Of a DNA stretch of 64,000 nucleotides, positions 28,036-37,757 are shown in pieces. The stretch is taken from contig CAXXVD010000002.1 in NCBI GenBank assembly GCA_963662335.2, forward strand, positions 704,001 to 768,000, given 5' to 3'. Source of the stretch: Chloroflexota bacterium (GTDB lineage: Bacteria > Chloroflexota > UBA11872 > VXOZ01). The notes beneath the pieces were generated by a model. It made no database searches. It was not told the origin of the DNA and saw nothing but the letters and a program-made list of their open reading frames with translations. Each line of letters opens with the position of its first letter. Position 1 is the stretch's first letter. Made by a program: the position numbers and the translations under genes.

Positions 28036-29037
28036 TCAAGCATCGATGTGGGCAGCGTGCGCATCATCAGGGGCGAAAGAGGCGAGCACCGCGTCCCAGG
28101 CCGTCTCCGATGCCAGCACGCCCAGCACGTACTCGTTCAGGCCCGTTTCCTGGGGAATCTCGTGCGTGGTCACGGCGTAGAGCACGTCGCCGTCGGAGAT
28201 GGTGTGCAGCGGCTCGATGGCGCGCGCCATGGACGTGTGGACGTGGCGGGCCAGTTGGCGCTGCGACCAGCCGCCGAGGCTCTGGTTCGTGACGACGACG
28301 GTGAGAGTCGTGTTGCCGTGCGGCGGCAGACCGGCGTCGGCCACCCGCGCCCGCTCGCCCGTGCGCGGATCGAGAGAGCCCCGCGCCACGCGCCCCTGGC
28401 GGTCGACGATTGCGCCTACCGCGTTCACTACCGTGAAGACGGCCACTTTCACGCCGTCCATTTCGCGGAACGCGCCGCCCTGCCCGGCAGACTCGCTCCG
28501 AAACGGCTGCTGCAGCCACTTGCCCACGGTCGCCGAGCGGCCGGCGCCGCGCGGACCGAGCGGAAAGACGCCCGGACGGGCCGCCCGCAACGCCGCGCGT
28601 CCCAGCGCCTTGTCCGGGTAGACGGCGTTGTCACGCGGGCCGAAATCGTAGATGATCGCGCCGGAGACCAGGGCGATGTTGCCCCAATGCGGCGAGTATT
28701 CTCGCTGGGCGAGCAATTCCGCCGCCACGCCCGCGGCCGCCTCCAGGCCGTAGAATGAGCCGCCGGCCAGGCAGACGGCGTCCAGGCGGCCCTCGCCGTT
28801 CTGCAGCGCCTCGGTGTAGAGCGTGGCGTGCGCGCCGCCGCGAATGTCCACGGCCCCGGTGGCCCCGTGAGCGAAACTGAACACCGTGCAGCCGGTAGGG
28901 CCTGCCGCGTACTCGGCAACGCCGATTTCCAGATGTGGAAAGTCGAACGTGAGCGCCGGGCCGCTGAATTCGGTCTGGGGCGTGAGCGCGAGCGTGTCGT
29001 TGGAGGGCGGCGGCTCACCCGTCTGCGAATCTGCCAT
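28036..29037 (-). CDS. P1/S58 (DmpA-like) peptidase
   Basis: TGCTVF, VDIRGGA, LAGGSFYGL, GAGRSATVGK, VVNAVG, GNTT, DGDVLYA. Confidence 0.85.
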   Translation of the reverse strand: MADSQTGEPPPSNDTLALTPQTEFSGPALTFDFPHLEIGVAEYAAGPTGCTVFSFAHGATGAVDIRGGAHATLYTEALQNGEGRLDAVCLAGGSFYGLEAAAGVAAELLAQREYSPHWGNIALVSGAIIYDFGPRDNAVYPDKALGRAALRAARPGVFPLGPRGAGRSATVGKWLQQPFRSESAGQGGAFREMDGVKVAVFTVVNAVGAIVDRQGRVARGSLDPRTGERARVADAGLPPHGNTTLTVVVTNQSLGGWSQRQLARHVHTSMARAIEPLHTISDGDVLYAVTTHEIPQETGLNEYVLGVLASETAWDAVLASFAPDDAHAAHIDA

Positions 29038-29122
29038 CCGTTACTTTCCTTTTACGCCCACCCGCCGGATGCGGCGGCGCGCGTCTCGTTCTGCAATGCG
29101 CGTGGAGGGCGCGCGCAGGCGC

Positions 29123-30238
29123 TTATTCCGCCGCGAACCGATCCGGAGAATAGGGTTCAAGCGGCGCGAGGTCGCCGCTGCGGAGCGCAGCGCACATCAG
29201 GCGCGCGGTGGCCGGGGCCTGCAAGATGCCGTTGCGGTGGTGGCCGGCGGCGATCCACAGTCCCGGACGGCTGGCGACCGGTCCGAGCAGGGGCAATCCA
29301 TCGGGCGGCGCGGGCCGCAAGCCCGCGCTCAAGTGGCTGATTCGCGCGTCCTTCAGATCGGGCGCGATCCTGCGCAGGATCCTGTAGAGGGATGCCACGC
29401 CACTAGCGGTGTTCTCGCGCGCAAACCCGGCGACTTCCTCCGTGGCCCCCACGACGATGCGGCCGTCCTGTTTGGGCGCCAGGTAGCCGCCCGCGCCAAA
29501 GACGACCCGCCGCAGCGGACGGTCGTAGGTTTCCAGCACCATCACCTGGCCGCGGATTGGCCGCAGGGGCAGCGCAAGTCCCAGGTGGTCGCCGAGCAGG
29601 CGGCTCCACGCGCCGGCGGCAATGACGACCTGGTCCGCGCGCGCCGGGCCGGCGGGAGTCTGCACGCCGGTAACGCGGTCGCCGTCCGTGAGAAAGCCGT
29701 GGATCGGCGTGTATTCGTGCAGTTGCACGCCCTGGGCGACGGCCGCCAGCGCGAGGGCGTGCATGAGTTGCGGCGCGTACACGTGGGCGTCGTCCGGGAA
29801 GAGCAGTCCGCCGCGCGCTTTGGCCGAAAGCAGCGGCTCGATTTCGCGCGCGGCCGCGGCGTCGAGCCAGGCCACGCGCTGCCCCTGCACGGCAAGTTCC
29901 CGGGCCCGGTGTTCCAGGAAGAGCGCCTGCGTGTCGCCAAAGACGACGGTGAGCGCGCCGGACCGGGTGTACGTGGCGTCCAGGCCGGTGGCGGCTTCCA
30001 GTTCAGCCGCAAAGTCGGGATAGAGCCGGGCCGACTGCGCGCCCAGGCTGGCAGACCCGCCCCTGCTCGGCCCTTCCACGCCGGAACCGAGAATGCCGGC
30101 CGCGGCGATGCGCGCCTGGCCGCCCACGCGCTCTTGCTCGAACACGGCCACGCTCACGCCGGCCTTGGCCAGTTCGTAGGCCAACGCGCAGCCGATGATG
30201 CCGCCGCCGACAATGGCGACGTCAGTGGAATTGGACAT
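29123..30238 (-). CDS. thiO: glycine oxidase
   Basis: IVGGGIIG, AAAGIL, PIRGQ, GLRP, GHHRNGILQAP; thiamine gene cluster context. Confidence 0.9.
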   Translation of the reverse strand: MSNSTDVAIVGGGIIGCALAYELAKAGVSVAVFEQERVGGQARIAAAGILGSGVEGPSRGGSASLGAQSARLYPDFAAELEAATGLDATYTRSGALTVVFGDTQALFLEHRARELAVQGQRVAWLDAAAAREIEPLLSAKARGGLLFPDDAHVYAPQLMHALALAAVAQGVQLHEYTPIHGFLTDGDRVTGVQTPAGPARADQVVIAAGAWSRLLGDHLGLALPLRPIRGQVMVLETYDRPLRRVVFGAGGYLAPKQDGRIVVGATEEVAGFARENTASGVASLYRILRRIAPDLKDARISHLSAGLRPAPPDGLPLLGPVASRPGLWIAAGHHRNGILQAPATARLMCAALRSGDLAPLEPYSPDRFAAE

Positions 30239-30286
30239 CGTATCCTTGCCCTCACCTCTACCGTAAGGATAGCACGACGGAATCCG

Positions 30287-30565
30287 TCATTGCTTTACAT
30301 GCGCGCAGGCCGCGCCGCCGCCGACCATGCGGACGATCTCCACCGCGTCGCCCGCGCGCAGGACCACGTCCGGGTGCGCGGCGCGGCGGATTACCTGGCG
30401 GTTCACGGCAACGGCCACGTACCGCGCCGGCACGTTATTCTCCGCCAGGAATACGGCCAGTGTCGTGCCGGCGGGCAGGCGGCGGGTCTCCCCGTTCACC
30501 GTCACGCGGACGTGGGCCGGCGCGGCGTCTTGGGCGACCTCAGCCGCCTCTTCTTTCGCGTTCAT
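30287..30565 (-). CDS. thiS: sulfur carrier protein
   Basis: VTVNGE, VAVAVN, GDAVEIVRMVGGG followed by a short extension AACAHVKQ. Confidence 0.88.
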   Translation of the reverse strand: MNAKEEAAEVAQDAAPAHVRVTVNGETRRLPAGTTLAVFLAENNVPARYVAVAVNRQVIRRAAHPDVVLRAGDAVEIVRMVGGGAACAHVKQ

Positions 30566-31278
30566 TGGGCTTGCGCCTGTGAGTGTGCGGCGAGCGCTTC
30601 CCTGAGCGCCCGCGCCGCGGCGGTCGTATCCGGGGCCGCGAGCAGGGCGCTGATTACCGCCACGCCGTGCGCGCCGGCCGCCATCACGTCCGCCGCGTTG
30701 CGCGCCGTGATGCCGCCGACGCCGATTACGGGAATTTCAATTTTCGCCCGCGCGCCGCGCACCAGCTGCGGGCCGGCCGGCGCGCGCCCCGGCTTGGAGT
30801 CCGTGGCGTAGAGCGTGCCGACGTGCACGTAGTCCGCGCCTTGCAGCGCAGCCAGCACGGCGCGCCTCACGCTGTGCACTGAACACCCCAGCAGCATGTC
30901 CTCCCCCACCAACTCACGGGCAGACTCTACCGGCAGGCCGTTGGCCGGCAGGTGCACGCCGTCCGCCCCCACGGCCAGGGCAACGTCCACGCGGTCGTTG
31001 ACGATGAAGAGCGCGCGGCCTTGAGTGACGCGCCGAAGATTTGAAGCCATATGCCAGAGTTCGCCCGCGGGCAATCCCTTTTCCCGCAATTGCACCACGT
31101 TCACGCCACCGTCGAGGCCCGCACGCACGCGCTCCAAGAGCAGCCGCACAGACTCCGGCTTCGCCAATTCGCGCCTGCTAAGACCCGTGACTGCCGGGAC
31201 TGCCGGCAGCGCGCTCTCGTCCGGCGGCTCCAGGCGCGTGATGAGCGTGAGGCAGGGATATGGCAGTTGGGGTTTCAT
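30562..31278 (-). CDS. thiE: thiamine phosphate synthase
   Basis: VVQLREK, FIVNDRVDVALAVGADGVHL, TDSKPG, GGITARN. Confidence 0.92.
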   Translation of the reverse strand: MKPQLPYPCLTLITRLEPPDESALPAVPAVTGLSRRELAKPESVRLLLERVRAGLDGGVNVVQLREKGLPAGELWHMASNLRRVTQGRALFIVNDRVDVALAVGADGVHLPANGLPVESARELVGEDMLLGCSVHSVRRAVLAALQGADYVHVGTLYATDSKPGRAPAGPQLVRGARAKIEIPVIGVGGITARNAADVMAAGAHGVAVISALLAAPDTTAAARALREALAAHSQAQAQ

Positions 31279-31341
31279 GCTGGGTGGAAGTGCGTGCGCT
31301 CGCGCCGTTTCGCCCTCACCCTAGCCCTCTCCCCCAGGATA

Positions 31342-31521
31342 GGCTAACAGGGTGTATGCAAATGTCATTCCGAGCGCAGCGTCGAACCCTGTTCGCGGAA
31401 TCTAAAGATGCTGATTTTGCGCCGCAGTGCGCTAGATTCCTCACTCCGCTGCGCTGCGTTCGGAATGACAGGTGAAGCCGATTACAAGTGAAGTCGATTA
31501 TAGAATACATACCTCTCAGCC
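31342..31521 (-). mobile_element. ~180 bp MITE-like element nested in a REP hairpin (copy 1)
   Basis: imperfect terminal inverted repeats GGCTAACAGG / CCTCTCAGCC; reverse-complement homolog of 55863-56025. Confidence 0.55.
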
Positions 31522-31578
31522 CAGGAGAGGGAACACGAGATTGGGGCATGGCCGCGCGCCATGATGGGTCTCACGGGA

Positions 31579-32355
31579 CTATGCGTGGACGACGCCCGCC
31601 ACTGGGCTGCTGGGGCTGGCGAACTTCTGCTGCGCGATGCGTCCGGCCAGATAGGCCTTGCGGCCGGCCTCCACGCCCAGGCGGAAGCCTTCCGCCATGA
31701 GCGCCGGGTCTGCCGCGCGGGCGATGGCCGTGTTGATGAGCACGGCGTCGGCGCCGATTTCCAGCGAGAGCGCCGCTTCCGACGGCACGCCCAAGCCGGC
31801 GTCCACTACCACCGGCACGTTGGCCCGCTCGACGATGAGTTCGATCTCTTCCCGCGTAAAGATGCCCTGGCCGGAGCCGATCGGCGAACCGAGCGGCATC
31901 ACGGTGGCGCAGCCCACGTCTTCCAGGCGGCGCGCCAGAATCGGGTCGGCGTGGATGTAGGGCAGCACGACGAACCCGTCTTTCACCAGGGCCTCGGCGG
32001 CCAGGAGCGTATCCACCGGGTCCGGCAGGAGCGAATCCGGGTCCGGCTGCACCTCCAGCTTGACCCAGTCCGAGCCGGTCAGTTCGCGGGCCAGTTGGGA
32101 GGTGACGATCGCCTCGTCCGCGTCGCGGGCGCCGGCCGTGTTCGGCAGGATTGTATAGTGTTCCCAGTCGATGTGGTCCAGAATCGTCTTTTGGGTGGGG
32201 TTGCTGAGGTCGAGCCGCCGTATCGCGACCGTGATGATCTCCGCGCCGGAAGCCGCGATCGCCTGGAGCATTTCGTCCGGCGTGCGGTACTTGCCGGTGC
32301 CGATCATCAGCCGCGAGCGAAACTGCTTGCCCGCAATCACAAGCGTGTCTGCCAT
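31579..32355 (-). CDS. thiG: thiazole synthase
   Basis: [45 protein letters not shown]. Confidence 0.97.
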   Translation of the reverse strand: MADTLVIAGKQFRSRLMIGTGKYRTPDEMLQAIAASGAEIITVAIRRLDLSNPTQKTILDHIDWEHYTILPNTAGARDADEAIVTSQLARELTGSDWVKLEVQPDPDSLLPDPVDTLLAAEALVKDGFVVLPYIHADPILARRLEDVGCATVMPLGSPIGSGQGIFTREEIELIVERANVPVVVDAGLGVPSEAALSLEIGADAVLINTAIARAADPALMAEGFRLGVEAGRKAYLAGRIAQQKFASPSSPVAGVVHA

Positions 32356-32566
32356 TGCCGTTGCCTTCCGCCAAGGCGCTTTACCGCGCCGCTCCCGTTG
32401 AGGGTGGCACGGCGCAATAGAAGCCGGTGAGTCGCGTCCAGTATACCACGCCGCGCGGGGCACAGCGAGCGCGACCGGCGCGGCGGCGGCCGGTGGGCAG
32501 CGGTGGCGGAGTGGAGTATGCTGAATTGAAGAATGTCTCAGCATCGCTGTCAGGGGAGCAACCATC

Positions 32567-33178
32567 ATGGAGAAACCGGCGGACACCGCGCATCCCATTC
32601 ACGACCTGCTCCGGCGGCGGTGGAGTCCCCGCGCCTTTGGGGCGCGCGGCGTGACGGCGGCGCAATTGGCCAGCCTGTTCGAGGCGGCGCGTTGGGCGCC
32701 GTCGTCGTTCAACGGCCAGCCCTGGCACTACATCGTCGCCACGCGGGACGACCGGGCGGCGTTCGCCCGGCTGCTCGACTGCTTGCGGCCGCAAAACATC
32801 CGGTGGGCGCAGCACGCGCCGGTGCTCATCTTGGCGGTGGCGCAGTTGTCCATGTCGGCGGAGCGCGGGCTTAACCGCCACGCGCTGCACGACGTGGGCC
32901 TGGCGAACGAGAATCTCGCGCTGCAAGCCGTGGCCCTCGGCCTGGTGGCGCACCAGATGGCCGGCTTCTTCCCGGACAAGGCGCGCGCGAACTACGGCAT
33001 CCCGGAGGGGTACGAGGCGATTACGGCGATTGCGGTGGGCTATCCGGGCGACCCGGAGGACTTGCCGCCGGAAATCAAGGCGCGGGAACTCCAACCCCGC
33101 GAGCGCCGGCCGCTCAGCGCGTTCGTGTTCTCAGACGCCTGGGGCCGGCAGTGGACGGCAGAGAGGGATGGGCGCTGA
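32567..33178 (+). CDS. nitroreductase family protein
   Basis: [30 protein letters not shown]. Confidence 0.92.
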   Translation: MEKPADTAHPIHDLLRRRWSPRAFGARGVTAAQLASLFEAARWAPSSFNGQPWHYIVATRDDRAAFARLLDCLRPQNIRWAQHAPVLILAVAQLSMSAERGLNRHALHDVGLANENLALQAVALGLVAHQMAGFFPDKARANYGIPEGYEAITAIAVGYPGDPEDLPPEIKARELQPRERRPLSAFVFSDAWGRQWTAERDGR

Positions 33179-33288
33179 CAACGAGAATTGCCTGATTTGC
33201 TAAGCGCAATGCCCTTGGGCGCATTTGCCATTCGGGCCAAGAGGCGGGGGACGAGCCCCCGCGCTAGGATGCCGGCCGCGCGCCGCGC

Positions 33289-34470
33289 TCAATGGTGGAA
33301 CAGCCGCAGGTTGGCGAACGTCATCACCATGCCGTAGTCGTCGGCCGCCTGGATGACTTCGTCGTCGCGGTTGGAGCCGCCGGTTTGCGCCACGTAACGC
33401 ACCCCGCTGCGGGAGGCGCGGTCCACGCTGTCGCGGAACGGGAAGAAGGCGTCGGAACTCAGCGCCACGCCCTGGAGCGTATCCAGCCATTGGCGCTTCT
33501 CGCCGGCCGTCAGGCGCGTGGGCGGCGCGGTGAACGCTTCCAGCCACGCCCGCGTCTCCGCCGGCGTGAGTTCATCCAGCAGGAAGCGGTCGATGGCGTT
33601 GTTGCGCTCGGCGCGCGCTAGTTTTGGCCGCAGGGGCAGCCCCAACACGGCGGGATGTTGCCGCAGGTACCAGAGATCCGCCTTGGCCGCGGCCAGGCGC
33701 GTGCAGTGGATGCGGGATTGCTGGCCCGCGCCCAGGCCGATCACCTGTCCGTCGTAGGCCAGGCAGACGGAGTTCGACTGCGTATACTTGACCGCCAGCG
33801 TGGCCACCAGCAGGTCGCGCACGGCCGCGGCGGGCAATTCCGTATTGGTCGTGACGATGTCGGCAAAGAGTTCCGGGCCGGGCACGCGGTCGTTGCGGCG
33901 CTGCTCGAACGTGACGCCAAAGACCTCCCGCCGTTCCAGCAGCGGCGGCGCGTAGGCCGGATCGACCTGCAGCACCAGATAGGCGCCGCCCTTCTTGGGC
34001 CGCAGCATCGCCAGCGCCTCCGGTTCGTAGCCGGGGGCGATGACGCCGTCTGAGACTTCGCGGCGGAGCAGTCGCGCCGTCGGGGCGTCCACCACGTCGC
34101 TGAGCGCGGCCATGTCGCCGAACGACGAGACGCTGTCGCCGCCCCGCGCGCGCGCATAGGCCGCCGCCAGGGGCGAAAGCGCTACCGTGCCCACGGCGTA
34201 GGCCTGGTGCAAGGCGTCACTGAGCGGGACGCCCACCGCGGCCCCGGCCGGGCTGACGTGCTTAAACGAGGCCGCCGCCGGCAACTCCAGCGTCTCCTGA
34301 AGCTCTTTCACCAGTTGCCAGGCGTTGAGCGCGTCCAGCAGATTGACGTAGCCCGGCGCGCCGTTGAGCACGGTGAACGGCAGGGCGCCGCTGCCCTCCG
34401 CGCGCAGCGCGCGCGCCGGCGTCTGGTGCGGATTCACGCCGTACCGCAGGGGGAGATCGTAGCCGCTCAT
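33289..34470 (-). CDS. purH: AICAR transformylase (PurH transformylase domain only)
   Basis: LRYGVNPHQ, FKHVSPAGAA, KYTQSNSV, GAGQQSRIHC, SDAFFPF, RLFHH; no N-terminal IMP cyclohydrolase domain. Confidence 0.88.
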   Translation of the reverse strand: MSGYDLPLRYGVNPHQTPARALRAEGSGALPFTVLNGAPGYVNLLDALNAWQLVKELQETLELPAAASFKHVSPAGAAVGVPLSDALHQAYAVGTVALSPLAAAYARARGGDSVSSFGDMAALSDVVDAPTARLLRREVSDGVIAPGYEPEALAMLRPKKGGAYLVLQVDPAYAPPLLERREVFGVTFEQRRNDRVPGPELFADIVTTNTELPAAAVRDLLVATLAVKYTQSNSVCLAYDGQVIGLGAGQQSRIHCTRLAAAKADLWYLRQHPAVLGLPLRPKLARAERNNAIDRFLLDELTPAETRAWLEAFTAPPTRLTAGEKRQWLDTLQGVALSSDAFFPFRDSVDRASRSGVRYVAQTGGSNRDDEVIQAADDYGMVMTFANLRLFHH

Positions 34471-34688
34471 CGCACTGTCGGTCCTTCCAGGGATGTGGGA
34501 TGTCTTTCCACTTTGCCGCCGGGCAGCCGTTGTAAAGGTGAACGGGATGCGGAACGGCGAGCGATTCTTGCGCGCTCCGCTATGCTTCCGCGCTGCCACA
34601 CGCCTGCGCTGAGCTTGCCGAATTGCCCGGCGCGAATGGAGAAGCTCCAATCTTCCCGCGCTTGCGCAAGACTCCCGCACACGTAAGC

Positions 34689-37571
34689 CTACTCGACGAC
34701 GGTCACGCTTATTTGCGGCGTGGTCGCCAGATTGTAGGTGCCGTCGTGGGCAACGGCCTTATCGTAGGCCACCACCAGGATCGTATGGACGCCGGTGGCG
34801 CCGAGCGGGTTCCATTCTACCTCGAACGGCGGCGTGCGGCGCTCGGCGATCTTCTTGCCGTCCACGTAGAACTCCACCCGATCGAGCATCTGGTCCGAGG
34901 CCAGCGCCTGGATGCGGACGATGCCCGGCGGCAGTTGCGCGCCCTCGCGCGGGGTGAGCAGCGTCACCTGCGGCGGCGTGTTGTCAACCGTCACGCGCGC
35001 CCGCGCTTCCTGCTGGCGTCCGTTGACGTCCTGGGCGACAACGCGCACGGTAAAGACGCCGTTCAAGTGTAGGGGGCTTGCCGTATCCCAGGGCATGATC
35101 ACGTCGTTCGCCACCGGTTGCGTGCGCTGCCCAATCAACTCCCAACTCGCCGGTTCCGGCCCAAACCCGTACTCGACCCGGAACCACGCCAGGCCCGGCA
35201 GCAGCACGTTGCCGCGGATTTCCAGGATGCTGCGCACCGGACGATCGGGTTGCGGCCAGGATAGCGCCACCGGCGCCACCGGCACGGGAATGTGCGCCTC
35301 GGTGGGCGGCTGCGGGATTTCCTCCTGCTGGAACCAGTCCTGCTCATCCGGCGGCGCGATGAAGTACACCCGCTCCTCCACCTGGTCGGGCGGCGTCTGC
35401 GGCGCGGCCAGCAAGCCGCTCTCCTTGTGTATCTGGAACGGCACGAAGAAGGTGTCCTCCTCCGTGGGCTCCGTGCCCGCAATGAACAATTCCATGTAGG
35501 TGCCGCCGCAGTAGGGGGTTGGCTGGTAGCCCGCCACCAGCCCGCAGAGCGTTGCCAGCGCCTCCTGCTCGCGGGTGTCGTCGCAGTAGGGCGTGGCCAA
35601 CATGCCGGTGGCGCGGCAGACCTCCACTTCCACCAGGCCGGCCGGCCGCGGGAACTCTTCCTCCGGCAAAGCCAGCAACGCCAACGCCGCTTCCATAAAG
35701 GAGTTCCAGATCGGCCCGGCGCCGCTCAGGCCGGTCGTGTCCTTCATGGGACGGCCGTCCGAGTTGCCCACCCACACGCCGGTCACCAGGTTGGGCGTAT
35801 AGCCCAGCGTCCAGTTGTCCTTGGAGTCGTCGGTGGTGCCGGTCTTCGCGGCGGCCGGACGTGAAAGCTTGAGATCGCTATCCGCCCCGAACATGGGGAT
35901 GCGGGCCTCGTTATCGGAGAGGATGCTGGTGATCTGGTAGGCGATCTGTGGGGAGAGCGCCTGTGTTCCCGGCGGCGGTTCATAGGCGTAGAGCACGTTG
36001 CCGGCGGAATCGGTGACGCGCAGGATGGCTTCCGGCGCGCGGTAGAGGCCATTGGTAGCAAAGACGCTGTAGGCGCTGGCCAGATCCAGCAGCCGCACCT
36101 CCGCGCCGCCCAGCACCACCGCGGGCCCGTAGTACGTCTCGTCGGCAAAGCTGGTGATGCCCAAGCGCCGGGCCATGGCGATGCCGTCGATCACGCCCAC
36201 GTGCTGCACCGTCTTGACCGCCGGGATATTGTAGGAGTTCGCCAGCGCCGCGCGCACCGGGGCCGGGCCGTGGAACTTCTCGTCATAGTTTTGCGGCGAA
36301 TAGACCGGCGAGCCGGGAATATGGACGTTGTGCGGCACGTCCCAGATGAGCGTGGCGGGCGTCCAGCCCCGCTCGAACGCGGCCGCGTAGAAGAGCGGTT
36401 TGATCGCCGACCCGGGCTGCCGCAGCGAGGTGGTGACGTTCACCTGCCCGTCGATCGAGCGATCGCCGTAGTCCACGCTGCCGAGCATGGCCAGGACCTC
36501 GCCGGTCTTGGGGTCGAGCGCGATGAGGGCGGCGTTGCTGGCGTCGTGGGCGGCCAGCCGCGTGATGTGTTCCCGCGCCACGCGCTCCGCCAGCGCCTGC
36601 AACTCGAGGTCGAGGGTGGTGGTGACGTGCAGGCCGCCGCGGAAGAGCGTGTCGGGGCCGTAGCGCTCCTCCAGCAGCGTGCGCACGTAGAAGACGAAGT
36701 GCGGCGCGCGCAAGGGCTGGCTCTGCTCGTTGTAGTCAAGTTCGGTCGCATAGGCGTCGGCGGCTTCCTGCTGCGAGATGAAGCCGTTTTCCACCATCTG
36801 GTTCAGCACGTAGCGTTGGCGGATCTTGGCGCCTTCCACGTTCACGAACGGGTTCAGGCGGCTCGGCCCCTGCACGATGCCGGCCAGCATCGCCGCTTCC
36901 GGCAGGGTAAGGTCCTGCGCCGGCTTGTCGAAGTAGACGACCGAGGCGGCTTCGATGCCGTACGCCAGGTTGCCAAAGGCGATCAGGTTCAAGTAGAGCG
37001 CCAGGATTTCGTCCTTGCTGAAACGCTCGGCGATCTGCACGGCCAGCAGCAGTTCTCTGAGCTTGCGCTCCACGCTGAATTCGGGCGTGAGAAAGACGGC
37101 GCGGGCGAGTTGCTGGGTGATCGTGCTGCCGCCGCCGGCAAAGTTGCCGGTCACCACGCCCAGCACGGCGCGGGCAATGCCGCGCACGTCGTAGCCCGGA
37201 TTCGTGTAGAAATTGCGGTCCTCGGCGGCGATGATGGCCTGCTTCATCACGGACGGGATCTGGTCGTAGGAGAGCACGGTGCGCTGCCCCTCGGTCGGGT
37301 CGTTGACGGTGTAGAGCAGCGCGCCGTTGCGGTCGTAGATCTTGCTGCTCTGGTGCACGGGCAAGGTCTGAAGCTGCGTGGGATCGGGCAGGTCCTGCGC
37401 CAGATAGAGGTAGACGCCGCCAACCGCGGCCCCCACCGCGGCGGTGGCAACGAACGCCAGACCGAAGAAGAGCCCGGCCAAGATGAGAAAGAAGCTGAAT
37501 ACGGAGAACGAGCGCCCGCGACTCTGCCGGCTCCTGCGCCGGCGCCGCCGGGCTAAGGTGGAGGTTGCCAA
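34689..37571 (-). CDS. class A penicillin-binding protein (PBP1A family) with C-terminal Ig-like domains
   Basis: AAEDRNFY, GGSTITQQLAR, RKLRE, RQPGSAIKP, SYNIPAV, KTGTT. Confidence 0.93.
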   Translation of the reverse strand: MATSTLARRRRRRSRQSRGRSFSVFSFFLILAGLFFGLAFVATAAVGAAVGGVYLYLAQDLPDPTQLQTLPVHQSSKIYDRNGALLYTVNDPTEGQRTVLSYDQIPSVMKQAIIAAEDRNFYTNPGYDVRGIARAVLGVVTGNFAGGGSTITQQLARAVFLTPEFSVERKLRELLLAVQIAERFSKDEILALYLNLIAFGNLAYGIEAASVVYFDKPAQDLTLPEAAMLAGIVQGPSRLNPFVNVEGAKIRQRYVLNQMVENGFISQQEAADAYATELDYNEQSQPLRAPHFVFYVRTLLEERYGPDTLFRGGLHVTTTLDLELQALAERVAREHITRLAAHDASNAALIALDPKTGEVLAMLGSVDYGDRSIDGQVNVTTSLRQPGSAIKPLFYAAAFERGWTPATLIWDVPHNVHIPGSPVYSPQNYDEKFHGPAPVRAALANSYNIPAVKTVQHVGVIDGIAMARRLGITSFADETYYGPAVVLGGAEVRLLDLASAYSVFATNGLYRAPEAILRVTDSAGNVLYAYEPPPGTQALSPQIAYQITSILSDNEARIPMFGADSDLKLSRPAAAKTGTTDDSKDNWTLGYTPNLVTGVWVGNSDGRPMKDTTGLSGAGPIWNSFMEAALALLALPEEEFPRPAGLVEVEVCRATGMLATPYCDDTREQEALATLCGLVAGYQPTPYCGGTYMELFIAGTEPTEEDTFFVPFQIHKESGLLAAPQTPPDQVEERVYFIAPPDEQDWFQQEEIPQPPTEAHIPVPVAPVALSWPQPDRPVRSILEIRGNVLLPGLAWFRVEYGFGPEPASWELIGQRTQPVANDVIMPWDTASPLHLNGVFTVRVVAQDVNGRQQEARARVTVDNTPPQVTLLTPREGAQLPPGIVRIQALASDQMLDRVEFYVDGKKIAERRTPPFEVEWNPLGATGVHTILVVAYDKAVAHDGTYNLATTPQISVTVVE

Positions 37572-37757
37572 GAGCGCGAATCCTCGATGCGTGCGTGAGT
37601 TATGCTGCGTCCTTTTAACTGTACCACCACCTGCGCGTTGGCGCGGCGGACAGCGGCCGCCGGCATACGCAACAAAAAAAGTGCAGACTACGCGCGTAAC
37701 GTAGTATCATAGGCGGAAGAGCGCAGTCTCCGGTAGTTGGGGGAAGGCAGGCAGGCC

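Noticed and set aside
32356-32566. TPP riboswitch upstream of thiG
   Set aside because: A GCTGAGA word is present on the minus strand, but I could not find the downstream conserved ACCTGA and GCGTAGG-like elements. An Infernal search would settle it.
34471-34688. ZMP/ZTP riboswitch upstream of purH
   Set aside because: I could not see the conserved GACTGGCG and CGCCTGGG elements.
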